NCBI GenBank assembly: GCA_964016885.1
Contig: OZ024740.1
Location: forward strand, 172,918,001-172,982,000
DNA: 64,000 nt
DNA from: Eledone cirrhosa
Lineage: Eukaryota
Direction of reading: 5' to 3'
Shown here: piece by piece, positions 27,416 to 42,345 of the stretch
How the letters are laid out: each line of letters starts with the position of its first letter
Numbering within the stretch: the stretch's first letter is position 1
The notes under the pieces: generated by a model
The model's input: only the letters and a program-made list of their open reading frames with translations
Databases searched by the model: none
What the model was told of the DNA's origin: nothing
Made by a program: the position numbers and the translations under genes

Positions 27416-28127
27416 CCGCGATGGATAACAACTGTGACGATAAAATAACAAAGTAACAAATATATTATTAGGAATAAAAAATCATTCTGATCACTATTAA
27501 TAGGTGGGGGGGGGGGGAATTTCACGAGAGCTTTCTATAGAGGACTAATGTTGGCGTGGGGATGTGGAAACATCTCAGTGACGAAGGGAATCAATTGGCT
27601 ACTCTGTTGTAGAGAACTTTCAGTCCGGTCTCTACAGTTAACTTCCAGAAAACATAGGTTTAGCTGTGAGCGGAAAATATTACAGGTCAGGGATAAACTT
27701 TTAAGGTACGGAAGTATCGTTAATTAGGCCTCTGATGATGGTGAGCACAAAGCAATGAAATCGTTTTGCTCGCGGTCTATCGGTGTCCTAGTATTGATGA
27801 TTTGTGGAGTTTTATCGAATAGCTGTTTTCACCTGAAAAAACATATCGGACAATAGACCGCCACTTTCCCGGGAAGGACAGGCAGTTCGCTGTCTCATGG
27901 CTATGATGATAAAAGCTGAGTGGTCAGTGAACACGACTGTCAGGACTGAAGTCATGTACATTCATCTTCATTCATCCATGTTCCGAGTAAATTCCCTTGT
28001 ACCGTGTCCCTGTAATGTCTCTTCGTCCGTCATCCTAGTAGCAGTAAAAGAAAAGACTATAAATAAAGATATTTCAGCGGAATTTGAACTCATAAAGTAT
28101 TTTGTACCATTTATTTAAGGGTCGCAA

Positions 28128-29610
28128 CTAGATATGACAAAATATTTTGCAGTATTTAGTTACGTTCCTTTGCGTTCCATATTCCAAACTGTCAGAGGTA
28201 TCGTTGTGTTTCATCCATCCGGGATTGATAACAAAGTACCAGCCCGTAAAAAAAGAAAAAAAACTGCCGTCCTTGTGTCTAAAATAGAAAGTATTATAAT
28301 TACTACTTTTATCAGAGTGGTGGATTGGCAGTATCGCTAGAGCGCGAGACAACATACTTTTCAGTATATAGCTACGACGCTTTACATTAAGTTCAAATCC
28401 CGCGGAGGTGAGCTTTGCCTTTTATCCTTACGGGGTCGATACAAAAAGCTCCAATAATGCACTAGGGTCGATTTAATCGACCCCCCTCCCCCCCCAAAAA
28501 AATGTCTGGCCTTGCTCCTAAATCAGAAATAATTATTATTGGATTGGCAGTATCGATAGAGGGTCGGACACCATGCTTTCCAGCATAGTTACGTCCCTTT
28601 ACGATCTGAGTTCAAATCCCGCCGAGGTTGACTTTGCCTTTCATCCTTACGGGGTCGATAAAATAAAGTACCAGTAATACACTGGGTAATTGCTGGCCTT
28701 GTGCCTAAAGTAGAAACAATTATTATTACTGTTGTTATCAGGGCGGTGGATTGGCAGTATCGGTAGAGCGTCGGACAACATGCATTGCAGCATATAGTTA
28801 GGCTCTGAGTTCAAACTCGGACGCGTATTTTTAATTAGATATGAGTATATATTTATACACGTTGGTGCAGTCTCGCTTAAACACTCTGTATTTATACAGA
28901 TATAACTATCATACACTTCGGCTGCTAGCGCACTTCTCACTATATATATATAATCAAACAGCATCTATTTCTAGTGGGTTGGGATACCGTAAATTTCGTA
29001 GGGATTCAGTAACCATCTTAAAGTGGTAGATAAGCAAAATCGTTATACTTCGCACAAGAATTCAAACCCGTTGAGGTCAACTTTGCGTTTCATCTTTCCG
29101 GGGTCGATAACACAATATACCAGTTAATTACTGGATCGATATAATCGACCTTCTCCTTCCTCCAAATTTCTGGTCTTGTACCAGCAATTTATGGCGGTGA
29201 GTTAGCAGAATTGTAGGCGTCGAATGAAATGTATTGCAGTATTTCCTTACGGCCTTCAACATTCTGGTTTCAATTCCCACCAAGGTCAACTTTGCGTTTC
29301 TTCCTTCCGAGTTCCACAAAATAAAATACTAGTCAAGTACTGAGATCGATATAATTGATTATGTCTTCTCCCCCAAATTGCCGGTCCTGTACCAAAATTA
29401 GACAAAATTATTATTATGGTGGATTAGCAGTATCGGTAGAGGATCGGACGCCATGCTTTTCAGCATGGAGTTACGGCCCTTTATGGTCTCAGTTCAAACC
29501 CCATTGAGGTTAACTTTGCCTTTCATCCTTACGAGCTCGATAAAATAAAGTACCAGTAATGCACTAGATTAATTGCTGGCCTTGTGCCAAAAGTAGAAAC
29601 AATTATTAAA
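28128..29610 (+). mobile_element. Array of ~7 SINE copies, mostly head-to-tail (first one on minus)
   Basis: Repeated ggattggcagtatcg / gagttcaaatccc / ctttgcctttcatcc..ggggtcgataaaat / gcct(tg)tgcctaaa..agaaa-(att)n units. Confidence 0.85.
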
Positions 29611-30984
29611 TGTGCCTCTTCATTTTAAATGTGTGATATAAAGAATATTTAGCTGCTATTTCTGACAAGCCAAATGACTACATAGAGATGTCTGGTTCGA
29701 AACATAAGAGTTTCTTACATATGGATTAGACATCAGAATAATAAGAAAATGTCATAGGATGTTGAAACATTCATGCCATTACCCACATTTAACATAGCGA
29801 CAGAATGAGAGAAAGAGAGAGAAAGAGAGAGGGGGGGGAGAGAGAGAGAGAGGGGGGGGGAGAGAGAGAGAGAAGATAGGGTGAGATTATATTAGTGACC
29901 GGTCAGCCACTGACACCACCTCCACCGTTTCAACCACTGTTCCTCGCTGCCCTTAATTTCATCAGTGTGAAATGACTTTTCTTTTTCGTCTAAACTTCTT
30001 AATTGTGTTCTATATCCTACCCACCACCAATCCCCCCCCCCCTTTCTTTCTCTCACACACATATACTTTCTCTCGCCCTCTCTCTCTCTCTCTTTATCTC
30101 TCAGTCTTCCTTTATTTAATTCTCCCTTCATTCCATGCTACTTCTCCTCTCATTTCATTGTCGTTTTTCCTCTCTCCCACTTCCTTTCTTTCGGCAGCTC
30201 TTGTTTCTTCATCAAATTGCATTGTCCTTTCTCACACGACCACTGGACACTTCTAGTTGACTGCCGCTAATCGCATTGACCAGATAAATACGCATGCGCT
30301 GAACTACGAAAATCTCTTTGAGAACAAACGTCTTAAAATAAAACAGATTACTGAGAGTCACCGTTTCTCGTTTTCAGACCGGCCTTTCTTCGACCAATTA
30401 TTATAAATAATGTATCTGACCCTTCTACAACTCTTTTGATCTCTTCACAATATTTAAACCCTTATCAAATCAACGTAAAGAGAGGTCAAATTGCTGTAAA
30501 GAAATTAAACTCGAAGAAGTGAGTCTGGTATTGATCACTGCAGTGGAATTACTGAGAAACATAATTCCATCGCGTTTCCACCTTCCATCTATGTACATAT
30601 ACACACACTTGAATGTAAGTATAAACTATCTTTTGTTTTTGTTTTTTGTTTCGCTATTTGGCACAGGATTTACTCTGCTGAAATACATATAAAGACAATT
30701 TTTTTACGGCTTTGTTGGATAGGGAAGGACAGCAGAGATTGATGGGAGGGCGGGAGGATGTTATCTTTAAGCCGGAGATCTTGTCCTAATACTTGCAAGA
30801 GAGTGAAATCCATTGAAGCGACCTAATGACTAGATTGTGGTTTTAAGCACGGGGCGAGAGATTAAGTCGCAAAAGGACACACAACGCAAAATAGCGGCAC
30901 AAATACAGCTTGACATCTCGACCGACACTAGCAATTGCACCAATCCAGCACCCTGGAAATCATATGATCGTCAACGTTATAAAG

Positions 30985-31233
30985 CAGTAGAGATGATATA
31001 ATAGTATATTAGATATCAAATAATATATAATATATATATATTAAAATAAGAAAATGAATATTTATTTATATATAGTATATATTATATTATTTATATATAA
31101 ATTAACGATTTTATTTATTATATATTATCTATAATTATCGTGTAGACAGATCTCTCTGGAAGTAGGCGTGGAGGCGCTGAGGGTATTACGTGGCCGTGAG
31201 AAGGTGGCGGCCCAAAACACTTGAGAACCTCTG
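30985..31233 (+). mobile_element. 5'-truncated copy of the hAT MITE seen at 63073
   Basis: Ends in ttgagaacctctg, body similar to 63160-63421. Confidence 0.7.
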
Positions 31234-31394
31234 TTCTAAAGGAACACGAAGCGATGATAAAGATAAAGATTAACCGGGACAGTTCTATAGCCTTGCAGTT
31301 CGAAGCCTGAGGAGACATGTCCATGTCATGGGTTAGCGTAGTGCAGCGTTCGTCTGATGCACAGGTTAATTTGAATGGGTTCAGATCACACGTA

Positions 31395-32370
<976 letters not shown>

Positions 32371-32534
32371 TTATAATTACCTTTATCATTGTTGCCCCAA
32401 AGCAACACGAGTCACTATATATATATATATATATATATAATTGTTTCTACTTTTGGCACAAGGCCAGCAAATACCCAGTGTATTACTGGTACTTTATTTT
32501 ATCGACCCCATAAAGATGAAAGGCAAAGTTAATG

Positions 32535-32775
32535 TTATTCAAAATGTTAACAAATGAAAAATATTCGCATAATCAAAATATATACTTTATTATATATATT
32601 TCAAAGGTACTGTGCTGTTTTTTTCAGTACGTCCTCATTATGTCATATATCAAATCATATATTTTGTCTGATGAGGACTTACTGAAAAAAACGGCACATT
32701 ACCTTTGAAATATATATAATAAAGTATATATTTTGATTATGCGAATTATTTTCATTTGTTAACATTTTGAATAAT
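32535..32775. repeat. Fold-back palindrome with HHR (intact at 32661-32725 plus, decayed in left arm)
   Basis: attttgt-CTGATGA-gg...cc-ttt-GAAA-tatata-TA-ataaagt. Confidence 0.72.
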
Positions 32776-32870
32776 ATTAAAAACTGCAGGAAAACTTCGA
32801 CTGTTTAGTGCTTCTAATCTATTGTAAAACTGTATTCGTTGAGTAATCAACGAACCATATTAATCTTTGG

Positions 32871-32932
<62 letters not shown>

Positions 32933-32937
32933 TTATT

Positions 32938-33135
32938 AAAATAACAGATTAAAGTTTAAGCAAAGAATCGCTGCTTTCACCCTTAACGGGATCTTCTGAA
33001 ACTAACAAAGACAATCTGTAAACGCAGAAGTGGATATTTCAAAAAACGTTGCAACCGGAGGAAGACAGGAAGACGATACTTTGGTTCGTGGAAACGTTCC
33101 TTGGCAAAGAACGGGAAAAAACGAATATAATACGT
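32938..33135 (-). mobile_element. Family D copy with variant HHR at 32953-33003
   Basis: agttt-CAGAAGA-tccc gttaa gggt-GAAA-gca gcgattctt tgc-TT-aaact. Confidence 0.72.
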
Positions 33136-33715
33136 CATTAATAGGAGCATATATGATGGCTGCCCCCTCGTTAACGAGTATGGCCATTGCACGATATGCC
33201 ATTAGTAATTATTATTAATTAATTCTATCGTGCAATGCCTGTGCGTGAAGATATTTTTTAAAGTGAGGAAAAACTGTGCACTGAGCCAATCCCACTCCCT
33301 GAGCGACAGTAGCTATAACCCGAAAAGAAGAAAAGATCAACATCATCGGTAACTAATGAGCCGCACGTTTTATATCGGAGTTATCCCGGGTTCCTGAGTT
33401 GCCTTCTCCTAGAAGAATTCCCTGACAAAAGCTAGGGGTCCTTCATTCCCAGTGGTTTAACCGCGCGGTACATGTGTATATACATATTTACACACTTTCG
33501 GATGGCCGTTGACTCTTATGAGTTCTTCCGCCCTTTGTCAGGTTTTGTTTTTTGTCCTGCAGGGTGTCCAAAATCACCCTCCTCGCCAAGTAAACTTGGT
33601 GAAGTTGCCGGTTTAGTCGCCGACGACCCGACCATGCGACAGGTTGTACTGCGTTACATGTTACCAGTAGCACTCAAGAGTGACCTGACATACATATTAC
33701 ATATATATACACACA

Positions 33716-33844
<129 letters not shown>

Positions 33845-33868
33845 ATATATATATATATATATATATAT

Positions 33869-33949
<81 letters not shown>

Positions 33950-33950
<1 letters not shown>

Positions 33951-34589
33951 CTATATATATAAAGTTGTAGTTCCTGTTTGTTTGTTTGTGGCTTTGGAGA
34001 TAGACCCCTACAACCCTATATATTCTGAAGCTACATTGCCCAGGGTACGTGGATAAGTATATTTCATATTAATGAAACGGTTCCCCGGGGGCTCAAGCTG
34101 GAAACTTCCAATGTAAATGTTTTCCCTTCGATTTATATGAAATTTAAACCATAGGTAAATGACAAAATATGATGCTTATTCACAAAATCTCAGCAAATTT
34201 CAATAATATTAAGACACCCTAATGGGGATTAATCAAAGTCTTCCCTGGGGGGAACAGAGCCCCGCTGAAAATGTTTTCCTTCGATTTATATGAAATTTAA
34301 ACCATGGGTAAATGATTAGATATGATGCCTATTCACAAAAGCTTTGAATTGATATTTTTTAAAAAATTATTTACAAGAAACAAAATAAGAATAAGATTTA
34401 ATAATGTAATTTTGATTTGATATATTACAAAAAATAATGTTTTCCAATTTTTCATGCATTACATTTTACATTGAGTAATATTGAAATGCAGAGTTTTTCT
34501 CAGTAAATTATATCACTGATTTAAAATCAATCATCATTTTCTTACAAAAAAATGTGTGAAACGCAGCAAAGTGCGATTAATTCGGCTAG
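33950..34589 (+). mobile_element. Non-autonomous Helitron
   Basis: 5' TC after A, 3' CTAG before T, subterminal hairpin cgca-gcaaag-tgcg, internal ~80-bp duplication. Confidence 0.75.
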
Positions 34590-35016
34590 TATATATAGTA
34601 TATATATATATATATAGTTGAAGGAGACAACAAACAGAGGTACAAAACGTCATATTAGTTTCACGCTTTATAAGGAAAAGAGGAAAGAAAGATGGCTTAA
34701 GCCCTTCTTCAGGAGTATAAAATAGAAGTCGGATCACAAAGGAGAAACAGAAATAAAGGTCATGGTGGGAAAAAAGGAACGTGTGAGCAAACAATAGAGA
34801 ATCCCTCGAAGGTTTTGACTATAGAGAAATAGTCAAAATAATAGGGCATATAAGCACCTTTAAGGGAAAACTGGACACTAGCATCCGTGGGACTAGAGCT
34901 CACATCTTCATACTTGCCGAATAGAAATACTACCAATACATAATAGTGCAATCAGTATCAGGAAAGAGAGAAGAAATATAGACCTTCGTACAGAAAGGAT
35001 ACAAGAGTTAGAGAGA

Positions 35017-35069
<53 letters not shown>

Positions 35070-35274
35070 CAGATGGGGTAGGCCCTGCCCGTTCAAAATC
35101 TGAACCACAAGCAGCACTAGCAGATATACCATATCTAAAACATATACCACAGTAGGCTTTGAAATCTTTGGTACAGCGTATTTTCTCTTTTATCTAGTCT
35201 ACAGAAACTTTTGACAGCCCCCCCCCCCCCCATCCCATACACACACTAACTATATATATATATATATATATATC

Positions 35275-35458
35275 AATGATATTAATAAATGGAAACTATG
35301 TTTATAAAACCATATTTATTCTATTATATATTTTCAAGGTTACGAAACTTTGGTACGCTCTCATCAAATAAAATACAAAGTTTGCTTTATAAATATTGAC
35401 ATATCCAGGAATGAGACCTTAACGGTTAGAGTTTCACCTGGATACCATTGATATTATA
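35275..35458 (-). mobile_element. Copy of the 53581 palindrome family with decayed HHR (TTGATGA) and short inverted tail
   Basis: Similar to 53590-53735, flanked by (TA)n. Confidence 0.6.
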
Positions 35459-35539
35459 CTCCAGAAAACTGTCGAGTGCTTCGAATCTGTTATAAATATA
35501 TATATTTGTTGAATTACCAACAAATTAAATATCCCTTTG

Positions 35540-35575
<36 letters not shown>

Positions 35576-35589
35576 CTGTATATAGTTAG

Positions 35590-35790
35590 TGTGTGTGCGG
35601 TTAGTTTGATACTATGGGACGACCACAGCTGGGAGCAGTAGTTCAGGCGGCTTAGGACAAATGTCCTCAATAGTATCAACATGGTCTCTTGTTTGGAAAG
35701 TCCTCAAGATCCATCCAGCAACTCACCTGCAAATTGTAACCACCTCATGATGAGTGAAGAAAAAGATGCATCATCACTCGTGTTTATCCC
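35590..35790 (-). pseudogene. CR1/L2-type LINE RT C-terminal fragment
   Basis: LILLRTFVLSRLNYCSQLWS. Confidence 0.6.
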
Positions 35791-36261
35791 CAGATATATA
35801 ATATGTATATATTATATAAATTTATATCAAATAGAAATTGATTGACATATATATATATCTAAAATAAACACATGAAACAATCACAGGGGATAATTTGTAA
35901 AGTGTGTAAGCATACACAGCTAGGTAGGTAACTAATTAAAGTTTAACTAGATCTTCAGATATAGATACCTTTTAAAATGATTAATCTTTCTTGTATATAT
36001 TTCATTGAAGAAATATATTTCACCATTAATCCGTAAACTCACAGGAGTCAAATCCCGAATTTACAACAAGGGAGAAGATTTAACCATCTGTGTTTACACA
36101 GCAAATGCAAATCTGCAAATGACCCGTCAGCACGTGTTGCATTTTTAAAACTACACACATCGTACCAGCGTCATCCCAGTGGCGTGAATAGGATTATCGA
36201 CAGCTAGAAATAACAGCCGAGTCCTTTCAACTGAGTTAGCCATATAATTAAGGGGCCGTAT

Positions 36262-36385
36262 ATATATCCAAAATTAAATTAAGGGTGTCATGTCCGAGAC
36301 ATGCGCCATATCCACCGTAGATTCTACGGTGGATATGGCGCATGTCTTGGACATGACACCCTTAATTTAATTTTGGATATATATG
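36262..36385. repeat. ~120-bp near-perfect palindrome
   Basis: atccaaaattaaattaagggtgtcatgtcc...ccaccgtag att ctacggtgg...ggacatgacacccttaatttaattttggat. Confidence 0.85.
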
Positions 36386-36405
36386 TATTTAGATATATAT
36401 ATATT

Positions 36406-36797
36406 TATATAAGAAAGTAAGCCCATAGAATCATTTGATAAATATATATACAGAATTTCTCCTCCCAATCTGCATAATTAACCATAATTTTGCAACATAA
36501 TTTTGGTATGTTTATCTACATTTTTTCTTCTAACTTTGATTTTGTACCTAATTGTGTATGGTTGGCTATATGTCTAATCAGTTTCTACGGGCTATTAGAA
36601 ATACTAGGTAAATCTTCTGTGGCTGTTGATCGCGGATAAAATAGCTATCATTTATTTATCTATTGTTTCTTCATAGTTACATTTTAAACTTATAGCCTCG
36701 TTTAATTGATTTTTTATGTGGTTAATTATGTTGATTGGGAGGAGAAATACTGTATATATTTTATCTAATGATTCTATGGACTTACTTTCTTATATAT
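36406..36797. repeat. Element with ~80-bp diverged terminal inverted repeats
   Basis: 36406-36487 versus 36715-36797. Confidence 0.7.
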
Positions 36798-36922
36798 TGT
36801 TCTGATTGTTGATTATTTAATTAATTAATTCGTCATTGAGCCACACCGTGAATGGTTGCCAAAAACACATATATATATATATATATATATATATGGCTCT
36901 GTCTAGTTTATGTATATGTAAA

Positions 36923-37007
<85 letters not shown>

Positions 37008-37036
37008 TAATAGTATACATATATATATATATATGC

Positions 37037-37086
<50 letters not shown>

Positions 37087-37152
37087 TATATATATATAAT
37101 ATATATATATATATAAATAATAATAATATACATATATATATATATATATATA

Positions 37153-37199
<47 letters not shown>

Positions 37200-37223
37200 T
37201 ATATATATATAATATATACATAT

Positions 37224-37259
<36 letters not shown>

Positions 37260-37338
37260 AATATATATATAATATTATATACATATTATATATATATATA
37301 TATATATCGTGATATATATATATACTTATATATATATA

Positions 37339-37378
<40 letters not shown>

Positions 37379-37390
37379 ACACACACAAAT

Positions 37391-37456
<66 letters not shown>

Positions 37457-37476
37457 ATGTGTGTGTGTGTGTATGT

Positions 37477-37550
<74 letters not shown>

Positions 37551-37656
37551 TATATATATATAAGTATATATATATATCACGATAAATTAACGGAGGCATA
37601 GGCCCTCGCTATTCCCTGTAAATAATGTGCTCAAAGGAGAAGAAATCCTGAGCTCT

Positions 37657-38184
37657 TTAAAATAAAATATGTTGAAAAGGTAACACACCAGAGAGAGATA
37701 TACAGTGCGCTATCAATAAAACAGGGGAAAAAACCACCAGTGTATGGAATCTATAACTTATGAAAGGCAGACTATAGACACGATAATTAAAAATATAAAT
37801 TAAAGCGTAAATAAATACCTCTATAACTATATAACGCACGTACAAATCCAAAGATACTAATCCAAAGATATGTTTCACCAGTAATTTGTTGAAAGAAATG
37901 GGTTAGCCTCGGTTCATCAGCGTGTGTAAGGCTATACATTTCAGACAACACTAAGAGAATTTTTTAAGTGACTGTCCAGCTACACGTGGGAGAGAGAAGT
38001 CACAGCGTGTTTAAGGGCAGTGAACCAGTGGCCTCTGAGGGACGAACTGCTAGAAAGGGCAGCCCAAAGCCACCCAGAGAAGTGTTATAGATTCCATACA
38101 CTGGTGGTTCTTTTCCCTGTTTTATTGATAGCGCACTGTATATCTCTCTCTGGTGTGTTACCTTTTCAACATATTGTATTTTAA
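37657..38184 (-). mobile_element. Element with ~100-bp inverted ends and internal HHR at 37834-37927
   Basis: acacacg-CTGATGA-acc...ggt-GAAA-catatc...gatttg-TA-cgtgcgt. Arms 37657-37757 and 38084-38184. Confidence 0.72.
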
Positions 38185-38410
38185 GTATATATATATATAT
38201 AATATATACATATATAATATATATATATTTATATATATATTATATTATATATATTTATATTATATATATAGGAACAAGTAGGACCCCGACGGCTGAGCTC
38301 AAGCCGTTTCGACGGAGTTCTACTTGTTCCTATTACCCACTCTACTACCCTAAGTATTGAGTACTTTGGTGCGTTATGGTCCATCTGGTTCCTTACCACA
38401 TTTCCTTCGT

Positions 38411-38454
<44 letters not shown>

Positions 38455-38488
38455 GTTATATATATATTATATTATATACATTTATATC

Positions 38489-38591
<103 letters not shown>

Positions 38592-38702
38592 TGTAATATA
38601 TATATATAATATATATATATGTATTATATTATATATAGTTATATTATATATATATAGTTATATTATACATATTTATATTATATATATGTTATATTATGAA
38701 TA

Positions 38703-38774
<72 letters not shown>

Positions 38775-38817
38775 ATGTATAATATAATATTATATTATAT
38801 TATATTATACACTAGCT

Positions 38818-38937
38818 TGCCATTCTGAGTTCAAATCCCGCCAAGGTTAACTTTGCCTTTCATCCTTACGGGGTCGATAAAATAAAGTACCAGTAATGCA
38901 CTGGGTAATTGCTGGCCTTGTGCCTAAAGTAGAAACA
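38818..38937 (+). mobile_element. 5'-truncated SINE with ~19-bp TSD
   Basis: attatattatacactagct on both sides. Confidence 0.8.
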
Positions 38938-38950
38938 ATTATATTATACA

Positions 38951-39390
38951 CTAGCTGGCTCTGTACCGTCAAAAATGACGGCTAATTGTAATATGTATAC
39001 ATGATATAAAAAAGAGATGTTGGTTGGCTGGTTTCTTCGCGTTCCCTCACACAAGGGATACAACCTTACAAACACACAGCTGTGACGAGTTTTAGAACGG
39101 TGAACTTCTTTAGTTTCTCCCTCCCTCCTTCCACATAGATGTGTGTGTATGTAAGAATTATGTCTGAGGTGTGCTTGTTTATATATGTGTATGTGTAGAT
39201 TCGTGTGTGTTTGTAATTCTATTGTCTATGTATCTTTCTAAATAAACATACACAAACACATATACACTCACACGCTCAGCCGACCTTATCAACTCTGCCT
39301 TCCTCAGTTGACGTAATCACCCCTTCCTTCTTCAGTCATCTCTAGTGTGTAACGGACAAATACAGAAGGCTATTGTAGATATTTATATTA
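38951..39390 (-). mobile_element. Non-autonomous Helitron
   Basis: CTAG terminus with hairpin ccgtca-aaaa-tgacgg. Confidence 0.6.
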
Positions 39391-39392
39391 TA

Positions 39393-40024
39393 CTAGCAGA
39401 ATGGCCCGGCGTTGCTCGGGATTTGCTCTAGGGTTCTTATATATTTGATATATATTTATCCTTATAGAGCCTTGCGAAATAAATAAGTTTGTTTATATTT
39501 TGTTGTTGTCTATGCAGAAATATCTGTACACGAATATATATTATATATATATGCATATATTAAAATAACAGATTAAAGTTTAAGCAAAGAATCGCTTCTT
39601 TCACCCTTAACGGGATCTTCTGAAACTAAAAAATCAATCTGCGGACGCAGAAGTAAATATTTCGAAAAATGTTGCACACTATATATATATATATATATAT
39701 ATACTATATATATACATATATATATATACACGCGCACGCACACACATATAGCGTCATAATGTCGTAATTCAGACAGCCAGACATACAGAGAGATATTATA
39801 AGGGCGCGACATTATATCTATGTATCTATCTAAAAAGAAAGACTAAGAATTATAGAGAGAGATCGCTAAATCGCCTAATGTGGTCCCTAGGACATTGAAA
39901 ATTTGAAATCTTTTGAAGTTTTTTGCTCAAAACACTCACAGGACCATAAGTAAAGTTTCAAAACAATCGGTTGGGTGGTTCTCGACTTTTAGGCAGTCAG
40001 ACAGACAGAGAGACAGACATTCTC

Positions 40025-40035
<11 letters not shown>
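39393..40035 (-). mobile_element. Non-autonomous Helitron carrying a family D HHR segment (39421-39680)
   Basis: CTAG plus hairpin cccg..cggg at one end, (CAGA)n-ttctctgttttatat at the other. Second copy at 58484-61745. Confidence 0.72.
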
Positions 40036-40096
<61 letters not shown>

Positions 40097-40209
40097 TTAT
40101 ATATATATATTAAAGCGATGAAATACCAATTAAGGTTGGAAAATCACTGTTGAAGGACTATTTTTATCATATGTAACCCATGTGCAACCACGCAGTATTC
40201 ATTCTTCTC

Positions 40210-40260
<51 letters not shown>

Positions 40261-40373
40261 TTATATATATATATTAAAGCGATGAAATACCAATTAAGGT
40301 TGGAAAATCACTGTTGAAGGACTATTTTTATCATATGTAACCCATGTGCAACCACGCAGTATTCATTCTTCTC

Positions 40374-40452
<79 letters not shown>

Positions 40453-40525
40453 TTATCTGATATATGCATAGTTTATTGTTCTACAATATTACTCACCTTC
40501 TACATATATAGATATGTAAAATATA

Positions 40526-40556
<31 letters not shown>

Positions 40557-40571
40557 ATATATAATATATAA

Positions 40572-40651
<80 letters not shown>

Positions 40652-40659
40652 TTATATAT

Positions 40660-40702
<43 letters not shown>

Positions 40703-40717
40703 TATATTTTACATATT

Positions 40718-41990
40718 TATATATGTAGAAGGTGAGTAATATTGTAGAACAATAAAACTATGCATATATCAGATAAGTAGCACTCAACAGTTGGTAGAAC
40801 TGGAGTATACATTAAAGAAGAAATTAAAAGATGGTTAAAAAAGTTCCATAATTTTATTATGCGCATTTGGAAAACAACATCATCCTGGGACAAAAAATGT
40901 GTTCTCATCAGATAAAATAAGGTAACATGATATGAGGCCTAAAAACACTTGTCAGCAGGAAAGTGCAAAGTCTACATATGACAGAAATATAATAGTAAGA
41001 AAGAGATAGGAAAATAGAAGAAAAGGAAAGAAGAAGGAGAAAAAGGAAAAAGAAAGAGAAGAGATGAAAAAAGGAAAAAAAAGAAAGAAGGAAGTGAGAG
41101 AAAGAGAAAGAGAGAGAGTAAGAGACTTTTGATCAGGAACGCTGTCAAAATGAAAACAGCTGTAAATAACGGCTAAAAAGTAAATTGATGAGGTGTATGT
41201 GCGAATATTATAGATGGTATTCAAATATTAGAGGTCTAAAATATAGAAACTGGGTATATTATTTTATATTGGGTTTAAATGCTAAACATTGGATTAAGAA
41301 GTGTAAAAATGTATTAATAAAATAAAATTAAATTAAAATTAAATTAAAATTAAATTAAAATAAGTATAAAAAAGGTTTTTAAAATAAAATAAAATAAAAT
41401 AAAAAAATAAAAATAGTCTATCTTTGTCAAAATTAAAAATTTCCATTAAAAATCAATATGTGGGGTATACTATTTAAATATTATTTAATATCAACAAGTA
41501 AATAAAAGAAATTGGTAGAATGATTTATAAACGTAGAAAAACATATGACGTCATAACTTGTTTACAAAATCTACGAAGGTTTGAACGAAAATTTAAGGCG
41601 ATAGAAAAAAGGTCAATGGCTTAATATATGCTGAGAAAACTAAATTAATATATTGTAGAATATAATGAAATATGTGTAAAAAAATTAACCGTTATTCGTG
41701 GAATATGTTATAGGACATTAGCTATATACTTTGTGAAAGGTCTTGTCTTGAAGGATTTATGATTGCAAAGACCAAATAAATCTGTTCTTCTATTTATTAT
41801 TGAGTTGAAATTCGAGATAATGGTAAATTTTTCAACTAGACATAAATTACAAACACTAGATATGGAAGCATGGGAGTATAGAGAAGCGTTGTAGATTTTA
41901 CTCCAAGAAATTTCGTAATTGATGTTTTTGTCTTTAAAGGACCAAATAAGTTCTGAGAGTGCGGTGTTGGTCCTTATAAGTGGATATGTA
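40718..41990 (-). mobile_element. Third Naiad-like PLE 3' fragment (GIY-YIG end, long AT-rich 3' region, HHR with CAAA for GAAA at 40851-40918)
   Basis: TALSELIWSFK...CNLCLVEK...INRRTDLFGLCNH. Near-identical to 60048-61185. Confidence 0.85.
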
Positions 41991-42067
41991 AATGTAGAAG
42001 AATCGAGATGCTTCAAAAGCTACTTTCCCCTCGTGTACAATCTTTCCCCATTTACTACGATCAGCAG

Positions 42068-42345
42068 CTACGCTTTCCCATGTATCAGCAGAGATGTTAG
42101 CGTCTTATACCTCTTTTTTGGTTTATATGGAGGTCCTTTAACTAGCTCTTCGTAAAAGAGTTGTTTCGCTATCCTAGAATCCTCCGTCCTGGCAAGGTGA
42201 CTACACCATCGGAGTCTAAGCACAAGAGCTTCTGTGCTTTCATACAGAGAGCTTTCCAAAATCTCGACATCAATGATGTGGTCCCTCCAGTGAACTCCAT
42301 GGATCCGTCTGAGACACATGAAACGTTACAACTGTTTAAGGTGGT
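42068..42345 (-). pseudogene. RTE-type LINE C-terminal fragment
   Basis: CLRRIHGVHWRD...LRWCSHLARTEDSRIAKQLFY.EL...KPKKRYK. Confidence 0.75.

Noticed and set aside
27725-27770. CTGATGA...GAAA match
   Set aside because: No supporting stems I or III.
33375-33690. GC-richer segment resembling a LINE 5' UTR, possibly with an HDV-like ribozyme
   Set aside because: Could not assign the nested pseudoknot by eye. Needs a descriptor search.
34640-34720. Possible HHR (minus, CTGAAGA...GAAA-ctaa-TA)
   Set aside because: Stem I and III pairing too poor. Could be a decayed copy but cannot be supported.
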